Origin: Candidatus Dadabacteria bacterium
GTDB lineage: Bacteria > Desulfobacterota_D > UBA1144 > Nemesobacterales > CSP1-2
DNA length: 64,000 bases
NCBI GenBank assembly: GCA_963805855.1
Contig: CAWDVW010000007.1
Coordinates: forward strand, 128,001 to 192,000
Reading direction: 5' to 3'
This document shows positions 1 to 11,347 of this stretch, piece after piece (positions within the stretch are counted from its first letter, which is position 1; each line of letters starts with the position of its first letter). The notes under the pieces were generated by a model, which was not told the origin of the DNA, ran no database searches, and was given only the letters and a program-made list of their open reading frames with translations. A program made the position numbers and the translations under genes.

Positions 1-916
1 TTAACACCACAATGGATCAGTCGAGACTCTATCCTCTATCGTGAGAATAAAGACGACCACTACCTTCTCAGAATCACACAATTAAACACAGGTGAAACAA
101 AGCATATTGGACCGCCTGAAGGAGTAGTATACGATCCTGAAATAACTCATTCAGGGTCACTTCTGGTTTTTCTACACAGTGATCTTACTACTCCTCTTTT
201 TCTAAATCGAATGGATTTTTGAAACGAACCATCAACAAACACAAAGGTTTGATTCACTCACTAAAGAGGAAATCGTGCTTCCGGAGCGAGATGTCCTGAT
301 ATCTCACGGACAATCTTTCCCAGTATACTTATTAAGTCCGTGGGCTTTGAGAATGATCTAAAGTATCCCTGTATTCTCTGGCTAAGATGGCTGAAAGTTC
401 TGAGTTTTCTCCGTTGGGGCAATTCTACTGCACAGTTTTTTGCTCAATCAGGATACTTTTTTGTTGCTGTTAACTACCGTGAAGCAGACTTCTTCGGCTT
501 ACGTAAGCAACCAAAATCAAAAGAGTTACATCTCGAATCAGAAGCGATTAAGACTACACTTTCCTATCTTCATTCACAAAAACAAATCGACGGAACACAA
601 ATCTTTTTGCTTGGTGTAAGTACAGGAACCGAACTCGCACGATACATGGTAGCAACCAATCGGCTTAGTGTTGCTGGAGTAATAGAATACTCCCCTGCTA
701 GCATGTCGAGTCGAATTGATGATCGAGCAATTCCTAGGCTTATTGTTTGGGGAGAAAATGAGTCCAAGACGGTTAAAATCCTTTTTAGCAGAAGAAAACT
801 TTTTTCTAACACCCAATAATAAAGTAGAGGTGTTAACAATCGCAAGTGAGGGACATGACCTACGTTTCTACAGTAGTATTGTCTTCTGGATTAAAACATT
901 CACTTCGTTTTCTTAA
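1..916 (+). pseudogene. Fragmented S9/alpha-beta hydrolase family peptidase (3' part; truncated by window start)
   Basis: Frame 1 open from 1 to TGA 220-222. Continuation ...EIVLPERDVLISHGQSFPVYLLSP shifts into ORF 340-819 (KYPCILWL..FFAQSGYFFVAVNYR..IFLLGVSTG nucleophile elbow), then into ORF 716-916 (SEGHDL). Typical prolyl-oligopeptidase C-terminal layout with several frameshifts. Confidence 0.6.
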
Positions 917-1311
917 TGATCAAAGGAATCATTAAGATATAAATGCATCGTACTTTCAATTGTAAACGCAGAATTTATGGGATACTTCAAGAATTTGCAG
1001 TTTATAAAATAGCAGGGGGCCATACTATATCCGAAGTACAACTCGCGTCGCTCGACATTTAGAGACGAGGTACTACATGCCTGCATTGTTACTCGGATTC
1101 AATTTGAGCTGACTGTTGTTGTAATGATCCTTTCGACCTATGCATCTGCATTCAAGATTACTCGATTAGTTACTTGTTTTGTCTAAACGGAAGTACCTTA
1201 CACCAACCTTGTGAAATTGACTATCCCCTGAAATACGTACCTAGACGTGATACATTGTAGCATTCTCATATTCAGGGCCAAAGTTTTACACCTATAAAAT
1301 GTGACTGCTTT

Positions 1312-2744
1312 TTATTTAGCAAAACGCCCTTTAAGCCATCTTCCAGGAGGATTTTCTTGTTTTACTTCATGACCATCCAAAATCAAAGGAGTACCATTCA
1401 CGAATAATGCGACAACGCCGCTAGTATTGGCAGGATGTCCGTAGCCGGCATTATCTTTTATTTCATCAATATTCCAAAGTACAAGGTCGGCATAGCCGCC
1501 GACCTGGATGCGCCCGCGTTCGCTGAGATCAGAGATGTACTGTGAGAACCATTTTGCCGGGGCAGTCGAAAAACGGTATACAGCCAATGCAAATGCTGGC
1601 TCGGACCCATTTGCGTATTCGTGGAGAAACTTACCGAAGCTGGCGATACCGCGTGGGTGATCGAAACCGCACGGTCGGTTCCAATAGGTGCAATGGTCTC
1701 ATTTGCAAAAAAGTCAATAGTCGAAGACGGTATGGAATCAACTATAATATTTGCATTTCGACCGGATTCCCAAAGCGTTTGAATTCTTCCCCGGACAACG
1801 GTTGCTCCAGCCACGGAAAACGAAGCCTCTCATATCCCACACGGTAGTGTGTTCTCCAGTCTCCGTCAAACCGACGGATACGCAACTTCGATATCCAAGC
1901 TGTGTAAGGATAAAAATCGTAGATGACCCTCACTCCTCTCTTTTGAACCTCCTCAAGTAGATACACCGCTTGCTGTGGTTGAAACATTCCCCCGGTTGAG
2001 TTTAAATGAAGGATATGGATGTCCACATCGTGTGATGCACACCTCAACGCCTCTTTTACCCCTTCAAGTTCTCGCTCGACATCCGAATAACGAAGATGAA
2101 ATGAGAACACAAGTGGTTGACCTTGAAATGATTTGCACACACGCTCGATGAGCTCAGGGGTCGCTTGGCGGGTATACTCCGGGGGGAGAAAGAGATGCCA
2201 TAAGCCCCGGCCTTCAATGCCTCTTCAAATGCATGAACGACATTGAAAATCCCTGCTTATCGAGTAGGTCTCGGAATCCTATAATGCCTATAGTGGTCGC
2301 GTAATTAAGATAGGTGTCTTCACCGTATGTCTGCATGGACTTGCCCGGCAACCCACCATGTGCGGAAAGATAGGTAGTAACTCCGTCATGTGCTTTAAAG
2401 TAAGCTGCTTTCGCTTTAACGAACCCAGCCGAATTAATGTCCAAGAAGCCGGGAGCCATAATAAGTCCTTTACCATCTATTACATTGTTAACCCTAGGAA
2501 AAGGTTTCCTGGTGCCTATATAGGCAATCCGGTCGCCCCGGATTCCTACCACATGTTCGCGAGTCGTTATTTCCTCGCCCTCAACATAACGGTAAATATT
2601 GACAATCAGATAGTCATAGCCTTGAAACAAACTCGATGAGACAAACAACATCAAAAGTCCGATGATCATAAGTAACCCAAGCAGGAGTAATGATCGGATG
2701 ATCGTGAGTCTAGGAACTATGAGATTGTCAAGGCTAAGTCTCAT
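1312..2744 (-). pseudogene. N-acyl-D-amino-acid deacylase-like amidohydrolase, frameshifted into four pieces
   Basis: Collinear fragments: 2214-2744 (IDGKGLIMAPGFLDINS, DGVTT), 1742-2140 (HLR, HILHLNS, DFYPYTAW), 1458-1814 (IGTD) and 1312-1587 (RGRIQVGGYADLVLW..GVVALFVNG..PGRWLK). Confidence 0.75.
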
Positions 2745-3316
2745 AACTAATTATCCGATGGCACCATCTATCAGCTTATGCATGGAAAGTAAGGATTACC
2801 GATTATTGCACTATATAAATTATCTATCTTAATGATAACACACACGTAAAGTTCTTGAGTCGCAAGGCTGTGCGCTCGAGACTCGAAGCAGGAAAACGAT
2901 GAGCACCGGGGTATCGCCATTTAGTAGACATGTTCGTGCGAATTTAAAAAATTTGGCTCCCGAGAGAAATTAGTTATTGCTAAGTTATATATAGACCAAA
3001 CTCACCTTGCGCGTTTTTATTGGGAATCCATCCGAATCGCAAGGATCTCTACAGAGTGTCCTATGGAATGATTATGAGACATCTTTTAGTAATAAATCTT
3101 CTTAAATACGTGATTCTGAATAAAAGGCTGTTGGGCAAAAATAAAAATTTTCTGATCAGTTGACTTATATTTATTTTTGCCATATATCATTAATGTGGGA
3201 CAATTTTAACGCCATACAAAGACCGAGGATTTTTATGTACTAGATCCCGATCTTCAGAGAAAATAGTTATTCCTTCGATATAATATTCACTGGATCTATA
3301 TTTATCGAGTAAAAGT

Positions 3317-3991
3317 ATGAGTGTCAAAATTGATAAACTTATAAGGTCTAGACGAAGAACAGTTGGACTGGAAGTTACGCCTGAAGCGCTCTTAATTGTA
3401 CGTGCTCCAAGGAATTTGTCACGACGGGAAATAAGTGAGATTGTCGATAAAGAAAGCCCTTGGATACTGAAAAAGCAACGGTTCTTTAGGGAGAACCATA
3501 ACAAGATCAGAGAGAAGGAATTTATAGAAGGTGAAGAATTTTTATATCTTGGAAGAGCTTACAGGCTAAGAGTAGTGCATAATACGGTTGATACACTTGT
3601 TGTAAGTGATGATTTCTTTTATCTATCAGAGGAATGCATTGATAATGCGAGGGAGATAATTGAACGTTGGTACCAGAAAAGGGCCTATGAAGTGGTATCT
3701 GAAAGAGCAGAATATTATTCATATATATTGGGAATGAAATTCAAACGAATCAATATTACGGGTGCCAAGAAAAGGTGGGGCTCGTGTGGTCCAAACGGAA
3801 ATTTAAACATCGCATGGCGCCTGGTGATGGCTCCTGTGACGGTGATTGATTATGTTATCGTACACGAGTTGTCTCATATTGATATAAGAAATCACTCAAA
3901 GGAGTTTTGGCGTAAGGTAGGAAGGATTATCCCTGATTATAAAAGTGATGAAAAATGGTTGAGAGATAACGGGCATTTTTTAGTTTTATAA
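3317..3991 (+). CDS. M48/SprT-like zinc metalloprotease (YgjP/DUF45 family)
   Basis: RSRRRTVGL N-terminus, RWGSC, DYVIVHELSH (HExxH) and NHSKEFW motifs. Confidence 0.9.
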   Translation: MSVKIDKLIRSRRRTVGLEVTPEALLIVRAPRNLSRREISEIVDKESPWILKKQRFFRENHNKIREKEFIEGEEFLYLGRAYRLRVVHNTVDTLVVSDDFFYLSEECIDNAREIIERWYQKRAYEVVSERAEYYSYILGMKFKRINITGAKKRWGSCGPNGNLNIAWRLVMAPVTVIDYVIVHELSHIDIRNHSKEFWRKVGRIIPDYKSDEKWLRDNGHFLVL

Positions 3992-4127
3992 AAAAGGTAG
4001 TGCGCTGTATGTAAGTATTCTTAGTTTGTTAATTCTCTAAGTATTTGTAATTTATACTGATAGGTTTAGTTGTTTATGGACTTCACAATAAGGTGTTTTA
4101 AGCAAGTGTTTATTTATTTTAAGTCTT

Positions 4128-4173
4128 TTAAAAAACTAATGGGAGCGCCCTAAGTTATTAGGGACACTCCCAC
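4128..4173 (-). terminator. Intrinsic terminator
   Basis: Minus strand UGGGAGUGUCCCUAA-UAAC-UUAGGGCGCUCCCA followed by UUAGUUUUUU. Confidence 0.65.
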
Positions 4174-4224
4174 TCTTAAAGGAGGATGGAGGATTGCAGC
4201 ATTTAAGTAATCAACTTAACCATG
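4128..4224 (-). ncRNA. Candidate ~95-nt small RNA with CCUCC anti-SD motifs
   Basis: Lies between a consensus sigma70 promoter (4231-4258, minus strand) and a hairpin plus U-tract. Contains CCUCCAUCCUCCUUU and no substantial ORF. Confidence 0.55.
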
Positions 4225-4230
4225 TTTATT

Positions 4231-4258
4231 ATTATAAAGTTATTTACTTAAATGTCAA
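4231..4258 (-). promoter_or_regulatory. Sigma70-type promoter TTGACA-N16-TATAAT
   Basis: Plus-strand tgtcaa at 4253-4258 and attata at 4231-4236 give perfect consensus hexamers on the minus strand. Confidence 0.7.
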
Positions 4259-4395
4259 GGCTTATTTTTATACTTTGAGAAAATAATTTTTCCTAAAAAG
4301 TTTTATGATTTTGACCACAGAGTCCGGGCTGTGCCATATGAGCCAAAGTCACGTGATGTCAGATAGTTATAGTAATAATATAAAGGAGATTATTA

Positions 4396-5223
4396 ATGAC
4401 TAAGCATTATCCGCTTAAGCTAATTAAATTATTTCACAGATGCTCTTTCATAATAATTATGGCTATTTTGATTTTGGTCACTGGTACGATCAATTTACTC
4501 GCTCAACTTGATAAAGCCATACAAGCCCATGGAGGCTTGGAGAAATTTCGAGAGTTTGGAACTGTGGAATATGATCTAAGAAATTGGCCATTCGGTAAAA
4601 ACGCCCCTTTAACTGATCACCAGGTAATTGATTTGCAATCCAGAAATGTTTTTATTAAAAGCGATGATTACACAATAGGGTTTGATGGCAATGATGTGTG
4701 GATCTCTCCCGATTCAAAAACATTAGGATTACCGGCGAGATTCTATGCTTTTACACCGTATTATTTTTTTGGTCTACCTTTTTTGTTTGCTGATCCGGGT
4801 GTTCGGCTTGAATCACTCGGCACAAAAAAATTAGACAGTAAGGAATACGATGTTGTTAAAATTAGTTTTGGTGCTGGGGTAGGTGATACGCCGGAAGATA
4901 ACTATGTAGCTTACTTTGATAAAGATTCGAAAAGGTTAAGGCTTGCACATTACATCGTTACATATCCCCTGTTTATGGAGGGAAAACAACCGGACCAATT
5001 AGAGCGACACGCGATCGTTTATGATGAGTGGCAAGAAATAGATGGATTGACGGTTCCGAAGAAAGTTAGTTTTTATGGATGGGAGGATGAAAAACTCGTT
5101 CCCTCTTCCACGGCTCCTTCATATAGCTATGATAACGTGAAATTTAAAAAAGAACGTCCAAGCCCCAAGCTATTTGCAAAACCCAAAGGGACCGAGGTTG
5201 ACTTGTCCCATAAGTTGAAATGA
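4396..5223 (+). CDS. Secreted hypothetical protein (DUF6503-like)
   Basis: AAAGGAG RBS, hydrophobic signal, AIQAHGGLE, YFFGLPFLFADPG and GVGDTPEDNY motifs. Confidence 0.65.
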   Translation: MTKHYPLKLIKLFHRCSFIIIMAILILVTGTINLLAQLDKAIQAHGGLEKFREFGTVEYDLRNWPFGKNAPLTDHQVIDLQSRNVFIKSDDYTIGFDGNDVWISPDSKTLGLPARFYAFTPYYFFGLPFLFADPGVRLESLGTKKLDSKEYDVVKISFGAGVGDTPEDNYVAYFDKDSKRLRLAHYIVTYPLFMEGKQPDQLERHAIVYDEWQEIDGLTVPKKVSFYGWEDEKLVPSSTAPSYSYDNVKFKKERPSPKLFAKPKGTEVDLSHKLK

Positions 5224-5431
5224 AAATGCCAGCTGAGGGTTACGGCGGGTTTTGTCCATTGATTTGTTTCCTTGTTTCACTAATTTTTTGTTCGCTTTTA
5301 AACGGGTTGAAGTTTAGGGAATTCCCAATCTAACTTAGCATCGGCGAGATATAAGTTTGCCGAATCCCTAGAATTGCAGTTATCGCAGCGAGTTAGGTAA
5401 TAGTTTGGATTCGCATATGCGTACAACCTCC

Positions 5432-5459
5432 TTGACAATCACTCTTGCACCATTATATT
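5432..5459 (+). promoter_or_regulatory. Putative sigma70 promoter TTGACA-N16-TATATT
   Basis: Hexamers read directly; about 450 nt upstream of the Pat-like gene. Confidence 0.35.
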
Positions 5460-5910
5460 ATTTTCATACTAATAAGTTCGGTTGTCATGTGATAAGAGTA
5501 AGACAAAAAAGTGTAGAGGAAGCTGAAGGAACTTCAGGATTTAAGAATTTTTCTAAGCGTATTAAAGAAGTTAAAGTGCATTAGAAAAGATCATGTTTTT
5601 TTTAGCTACTATTTTAATGAATTAAGAACGTAATTATGTTAAACGCAAGGCAGTTAAAAAGATATTTGTTTAAAGATGTTCTCAAAGAGCAAGTAAGAAC
5701 GAAGTTATTTTCTACTAATCCACTCACGCGTGGTGATTCTTTTCTAAAAGCACTATGATGGTTAATAACGTTGATATTAGAAGAGTTCACTAATGCACCG
5801 CCCGTCTATTTCAAGCTTATCACGCTTACTAATGATTGATGGCCTATTACTAATTATGAGTATTTAATTTTGACCCAGAATTAATTTATAGACATCGCTA
5901 ATTTGAAATT

Positions 5911-8607
5911 ATGAGCACTAAGAACTTCGAAAAGCTTTTCAATCCGAAATCAATCGCCTTAATTGGTGAGTGCGCGAATGAGGGGAGCATTGCATTTTCT
6001 ATGTTCAAAAACCTTAGAAATTGTGATTTCCAGGGGGAAATATATGTAGTGAATTCCAAAGACGAGAAAAGCTTCGAGGACAAAATTTACAGATCCATTA
6101 CAGATATTGACGATAATATTGATCTTGCAATAATAGGCGAGTCACTGGATCGAGTCCCAACCATAATAAAAGAAGGCGCAAAGAAGAATATTAAGGGTGC
6201 GATTGTCGTGACGGCAAATGGGGAGCGGGAAGAGTCAAATAATTCAAATAATTCTGAACTTGAGTACCAAATAATACGTGAGGCACGACAAAATGGAATA
6301 AGAGTAATGGGTCCTGAGTGCCTGTCGTTTGTGATACCTCGACTTGGTATAAATGCAAGTCCCATCCCTTCATTACCTCCGAAAGGAAATTTGGCTTTTA
6401 TTTCGCAAAGCGGGACAATTTGTACCGCTATTCTGGATTGGGCTATTAAGGAGAAGGTCGGGTTTAGTTATGTCGTTTCTCTTGGACAGATGGCAGATGT
6501 AGATTTTGGAGATGTAATCAATTACCTCGGGGATGACAACAGAGTAAAGAGCATCCTGCTATATTTGGAATCTCTTACAAATGTTAAAAAGTTTGTAGGA
6601 GCTGCCAGGAGTGTATCGCGAGTAAAGCCGATCATCGCACTTAAGGCCGGTAAAATCAATCTCGATTCAAAATACGGCAGTTTCTACAGCGCGGCCGATA
6701 CCGAAGACGACCTTGCCTACAGCACAATTTTCAAACGTGTTGGAATAGTAAGAGTGGATACTATTGAGGAAATTTTTAATGCGGCTTCGTCCCTTTCGAA
6801 ACAGCCTCGTCCATTAAAACCGAATATCGCTATTATAACTAATTCGCGAAGCACGTCTTTTATGTCAATTGACACCATAATCCAAAGGCGGGATCTTCAG
6901 CTGGCAGCTTTAAGTCAAAATACTATTTTGGAATTAAATCAGGTGCTACCGGAATCTTTGAAAAAACAAAATCCAATTGATTTAGGTGTTGAGGCAGGTG
7001 CATCGCTATACTCTAAAACTCTCGAAGTTTTACTCGGTGCGGATGAGACAGGTGGTGTAATAGTGATTTTTACCCCTCAGGTCTTAACCCATGCTTCCGA
7101 TGTAGCGAACGCCATCTGTGACGTAGCAAAAAAATCTAGTACAAAACCCATTTTTGCGGTTTGGATGGGGGGTAAATTGGTTGAAGATGCGATTAATATT
7201 TTACATGAATCGGGTATTCCAACCTATGGGACGCCCGAGGAGGCTGTAAAAGCCTTTTCCCATATGTATTCCTATACTAGCAATCTTCGACTCCTTCAAG
7301 AGACACCAAAACTCCTTAACAGTAGCTTTGACAAAAGGAGGGCGGAATCCGTCATAAGATCGTATCTCGAGCACAAAGAGATTGATACTCTTTCAGAGAT
7401 TGAATCAAAAGCTATAATCGCGAGTTATGAGATACCCGTTAACCATACTGAGATTGCGACGACCCCTTTGGAAGCGTCAAAGGCGTCAAAGGAGATAGGC
7501 TATCCCGTACTCGTGAAGATACATTCTCCCGACGTTGTTCATAAAAGTAGCGATGGTGGAGTTGCACACGACCTGAGGACTGAGTCGGAGGTAATCGATT
7601 CATTTAACAGAATTACTTCTACAGTAAAAAGATTGAAAGCCGATGCAAATATTCTAGGGGTTTCGGTCCAGAGAATGATCAAGGATAAGGGTTTTGAATG
7701 TATTCTAGGGGCTAAGAAGCACCCTACCTTCGGTCCATTGATATATTTTGGAACCGGTGGGATAATGGCGGGTTACATAGATGACATTGGGATGGCGATT
7801 CCTCCACTAAACTCAACGCTGGCGCTCAGATTAATGGAGAAGACCCGAATCTTTGACGTGCTGTCGAGAGGTTTCAATAATATACCCGCTGCAAAGATTG
7901 ATAATATTGTAAAGGTCATCGTAAACTTTTCTGAGCTGATAGCCGATTTCCCGGAGATCATTGAAATTGAAATAAATCCACTTTACGTGAGAAATGATCT
8001 TATACTTGCGCTGGATGCAAGAATTGAGATTCAGAGAACAAACCAAGGTTCCGCCGATCATCTACTTATCACGCCGTATCCCGGTAGCTATGAAAGTTAT
8101 CATACTCTAAAGGATGGAACAGTAGTCTTGCTGAGACCGATTAAACCTGAAGATGAGCCTCTTATGCTCGAGCTATTCAATACATTCTCGGAAAAAACTA
8201 TCGTCTCAAGGTTTTTTCATCTGATCAATGTTACAACACACGAGCAGCTCATACGTTTTACCCAAATCGATTACGACCGCGAAATCTCTATAATAGCAGT
8301 TTGTCAACCTCCCGGGCGTGAAAGAATTTTGGGTATCGGGCAGCTAATTTTTGATCCAAAGGGAGAAAAGGCCGAATTCGCTCTTGTCGTCGGCGATCCG
8401 TGGCAGGGTAGAGGACTTGGGACGAGGCTCTTGGATACTTGCATTGCGATATCTCAACAAAGGGGAGTTAAAGATCTCTGGGGAGAGATTATTGCTACAA
8501 ATCAGCCGATGGGGCACCTGTTTAAAAAGATGGGCTTCAACATAATTAAAAGGGATAATTCATACTACGCGGAACTGAATCTATCTGCGAGGGAGAAATA
8601 CGGTTAA
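5911..8607 (+). CDS. pat: Protein lysine acetyltransferase Pat/YfiQ-type (acyl-CoA synthetase (ADP-forming)-like domains + C-terminal GNAT)
   Basis: FNPKSIALIG, AFISQSG, ILLYLE, VKIHSPD..HKS..GGV, EINPL; GNAT part LRPIKPEDE..QIDYDRE..AEFAL..WQGRGLGT. Confidence 0.85.
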   Translation: MSTKNFEKLFNPKSIALIGECANEGSIAFSMFKNLRNCDFQGEIYVVNSKDEKSFEDKIYRSITDIDDNIDLAIIGESLDRVPTIIKEGAKKNIKGAIVVTANGEREESNNSNNSELEYQIIREARQNGIRVMGPECLSFVIPRLGINASPIPSLPPKGNLAFISQSGTICTAILDWAIKEKVGFSYVVSLGQMADVDFGDVINYLGDDNRVKSILLYLESLTNVKKFVGAARSVSRVKPIIALKAGKINLDSKYGSFYSAADTEDDLAYSTIFKRVGIVRVDTIEEIFNAASSLSKQPRPLKPNIAIITNSRSTSFMSIDTIIQRRDLQLAALSQNTILELNQVLPESLKKQNPIDLGVEAGASLYSKTLEVLLGADETGGVIVIFTPQVLTHASDVANAICDVAKKSSTKPIFAVWMGGKLVEDAINILHESGIPTYGTPEEAVKAFSHMYSYTSNLRLLQETPKLLNSSFDKRRAESVIRSYLEHKEIDTLSEIESKAIIASYEIPVNHTEIATTPLEASKASKEIGYPVLVKIHSPDVVHKSSDGGVAHDLRTESEVIDSFNRITSTVKRLKADANILGVSVQRMIKDKGFECILGAKKHPTFGPLIYFGTGGIMAGYIDDIGMAIPPLNSTLALRLMEKTRIFDVLSRGFNNIPAAKIDNIVKVIVNFSELIADFPEIIEIEINPLYVRNDLILALDARIEIQRTNQGSADHLLITPYPGSYESYHTLKDGTVVLLRPIKPEDEPLMLELFNTFSEKTIVSRFFHLINVTTHEQLIRFTQIDYDREISIIAVCQPPGRERILGIGQLIFDPKGEKAEFALVVGDPWQGRGLGTRLLDTCIAISQQRGVKDLWGEIIATNQPMGHLFKKMGFNIIKRDNSYYAELNLSAREKYG

Positions 8608-8662
8608 GAATTAGAATTTGTTGTTGATAATTTATAAGATGAAGAGATGTCTTCAATCCTAA

Positions 8663-9200
8663 CTTCTTTGTCTTGATACTGAAACGAGTTCAGCACAGGT
8701 ACAAAGAAGCAATCCTTCGACAGCACTCTCAGGACAGGCCTAGACAGGAACTGAGCATGTGATCACCCTTCGACGAGCTCAGGGTGATCGGGTAATTCTT
8801 ACATCGTGGAATTGGAGCCAAAACAAGCCCTTCCAACCTTCGATGAACTCAGGACAGGGCTGTCCCCCTTGGTGTCATTCCCGCGGATTGTAAGCGGGAA
8901 TCCATGTGTTTACCTCTGGATCCCCGACTACTGATTTCGGGGATAACATAACGACTGAAAAATTTAATTCAATCAGAACCCGCAAATCTTTTTAACGTCT
9001 TCGTTCCTGATTTTCCTAACGCAATTTTTGGAAGGTCGTTCAAGTCCTTTTCTTTCTGACATCGATCTACGAAAACAAATCCAATCGTGAAGTTATAAGA
9101 ATCTTTTACCCGAATTATCTAGCATCTACAATTGCGAGCACCTCGACTTGCCTGCGCTGAGTATGATCGAAGTGCTCAGTACGGGCTCAAGCGTGGCGGT
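8663..9200. repeat. Cluster of nested REP/REPIN-like palindromes
   Basis: CTTCGAC(N)CTCAG units at ~8714, ~8768, ~8838 and inverse at ~9157; GTCATTCCCGCG..GCGGGAATCCA / TGGATCCCCGA..TCGGGGATAAC pair at ~8874-8947; TTCTTTGTCTTGATAC..CAAAGAA element shared with ~21155. Confidence 0.75.
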
Positions 9201-9517
9201 CTCAGTTCTTGGTACTGGATTGCTTCTTCCCCAGGGGGGAAGCTTATTCTGAGTCCTGAGGTATTGCAATAGTTCGAGGTGCAAACTATCCTGTGGAAAG
9301 TGCACCGGAGATGGATGATATTGCAGAGAAGGTGTATCTAGTTTGACTATTCGCTTGGAGCAATGATAGGATTTCGTAGGATAAGATGGCGAAAACCAGA
9401 AATGTAGAAGCCCTTAAGTATCACATGGCTGTAGAAAGTCATGGAAAGGAAAAGATAAAGGGTTTAACGGTCAAGATTAAACAGGTTTGAACAGAAATCG
9501 GATTGAAGGAGTTTCTT

Positions 9518-11347
9518 ATGGCTTATCAACCAATCGAAAATTATGGCATTGTCGGTGATATGAATACAGTTGCTTTAGTGGGAATGAATGGCTCGGTAGA
9601 CTGGTTTTGCTATCCGCGCTTCGATTCTCCTAGTATATTTGCGGCTATACTTGATCATAAAAAAGGCGGCAATTTCAGGATTTGTCCAAAGAATGATGAC
9701 GTAAAACTCAAGCAATTTTACTGGCCTGAAACCAATATTCTCATAACTCGGTTTCTTTCACCAAGTGGGGTTGGAGAAATAGTCGATTTTATGGCCGTTC
9801 CTGTTCCAGAAAATGAAGGTGGTCAATTAGTTCGCTTGGTTAAAGTTTTGAGAGGAGGTATGAAGTTTCGCGTGGAATGTTTTCCCTCATTCAACTATGC
9901 ACGTGATAGACATGAGACACATATAAACTCTGAGGGTGCATGCTTTTACTCTAAGGATTTGAGTATGGGCTTGGCAACGCATGTTCCTTTGAAAAAGAGG
10001 AAAAACGGAGCTATTGCGGATTTCGGGCTTGAGGAAGGGCAGCGAGCTCTATTTATTTTCAAAAGAGTTGATCCAGGTAGTTCATGTCGCGTCTCATTTT
10101 CCGCTGATGAAGCCCATGAACTTTTTAAAGAAACAATCGACTACTGGCATAGTTGGATTTCAAAATGCACCTATAGAGGTAGATGGCGTGAAATGGTTAT
10201 AAGGTCTGCATTGGTGCTCAAGCTCATGACATATGAACCCAGCGGTGCAATTGTTGCGGCACCCACTTGTAGCCTTCCGGAAGGTATCGGGGGTGAACGG
10301 AACTGGGATTACCGTTTCACATGGATTAGAGATGCGGCCTTTACACTCTACGGTCTTATGCGGATTGGCTTGGTTGACGCTGCTTCGGGGTTTATGGATT
10401 GGATCCAGGCAAGATGCAACGAGCTAAATCCCGACGGCTCCCTGAACATAATGTATGGAATAAATGGTGAGCACGTTGAGTCGGAAGAAATATTGGATCA
10501 TCTGGATGGGTACAGGGAATCACGCCCTGTCCGAATAGGAAACGGGGCCGCAACTCAGCTTCAACTGGACATATATGGTGAATTAATGGATTCCGTGTAT
10601 CTCTTTAATAAGTATGGTACCCCGATATCCTATGATCTATGGGATTCTTTGAGAAAACTGGTCAACTGGGTTTGCAGTAACTGGGAAAGAAAGGATGACG
10701 GTATATGGGAAATAAGGGGCGGTAAACGTCATAATGTATATTCAAAACTGATGTGCTGGGTTGCCGTTGATAGAGGAATTAGGCTGGCAGACAAGCGGTC
10801 GTTTCCGGCCGATCGCGAAAAATGGCTCGATGTTCGAGATAAAATTTATGAGGATATAATTAAAAAGGGTTGGAGTAAGAAGCGACAGGCATTTACCCAA
10901 TACTATGGAAGCAATGCTCTTGATGCTTCAGTCTTGATGATGCCACTGGTGTTCTTTATGTCTCCTACCGATCCTAGGATGATGAAGACTTTAAATGCCA
11001 TCGACCAGCCACCCGAAAAAGGTGGGTTGGTTTCGAATAGCCTAGTTTACAGATACAACGTAGAAGAGGCAAAAGATGGTCTTACGGGTGACGAGGGAAC
11101 GTTTAATATCTGTACTTTTTGGCTTATCGAGGCCTTAACCAGGGCCGGAAGGCATGATAATAAAAGGCTTCGTGAGGCGGTATTCATGTTTGAGCAGATG
11201 CTGAGCTATGCGAATCACCTGGGTCTTTATGCCGAGGAGACGGGCCCGAGTGGAGAGGCTCTGGGTAATTTCCCACAGGCCTTTACACACCTTGCTTTAA
11301 TAAGCGCTGCTTTCAACCTCGATAGGGGACTGGGACCGAGCGGATAA
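9518..11347 (+). CDS. Glycoside hydrolase family 15 (trehalase/glucoamylase-like)
   Basis: AAGGAG RBS before ATG 9518; [41 protein letters not shown] and GNFPQAFTH motifs. Confidence 0.92.
   Translation: MAYQPIENYGIVGDMNTVALVGMNGSVDWFCYPRFDSPSIFAAILDHKKGGNFRICPKNDDVKLKQFYWPETNILITRFLSPSGVGEIVDFMAVPVPENEGGQLVRLVKVLRGGMKFRVECFPSFNYARDRHETHINSEGACFYSKDLSMGLATHVPLKKRKNGAIADFGLEEGQRALFIFKRVDPGSSCRVSFSADEAHELFKETIDYWHSWISKCTYRGRWREMVIRSALVLKLMTYEPSGAIVAAPTCSLPEGIGGERNWDYRFTWIRDAAFTLYGLMRIGLVDAASGFMDWIQARCNELNPDGSLNIMYGINGEHVESEEILDHLDGYRESRPVRIGNGAATQLQLDIYGELMDSVYLFNKYGTPISYDLWDSLRKLVNWVCSNWERKDDGIWEIRGGKRHNVYSKLMCWVAVDRGIRLADKRSFPADREKWLDVRDKIYEDIIKKGWSKKRQAFTQYYGSNALDASVLMMPLVFFMSPTDPRMMKTLNAIDQPPEKGGLVSNSLVYRYNVEEAKDGLTGDEGTFNICTFWLIEALTRAGRHDNKRLREAVFMFEQMLSYANHLGLYAEETGPSGEALGNFPQAFTHLALISAAFNLDRGLGPSG

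Noticed and set aside
8663-9200. Possible CRISPR array in the repeat-rich intergenic region
   Set aside because: Repeats are degenerate, palindromic, irregularly spaced and in both orientations; no constant repeat-spacer period and no cas genes.
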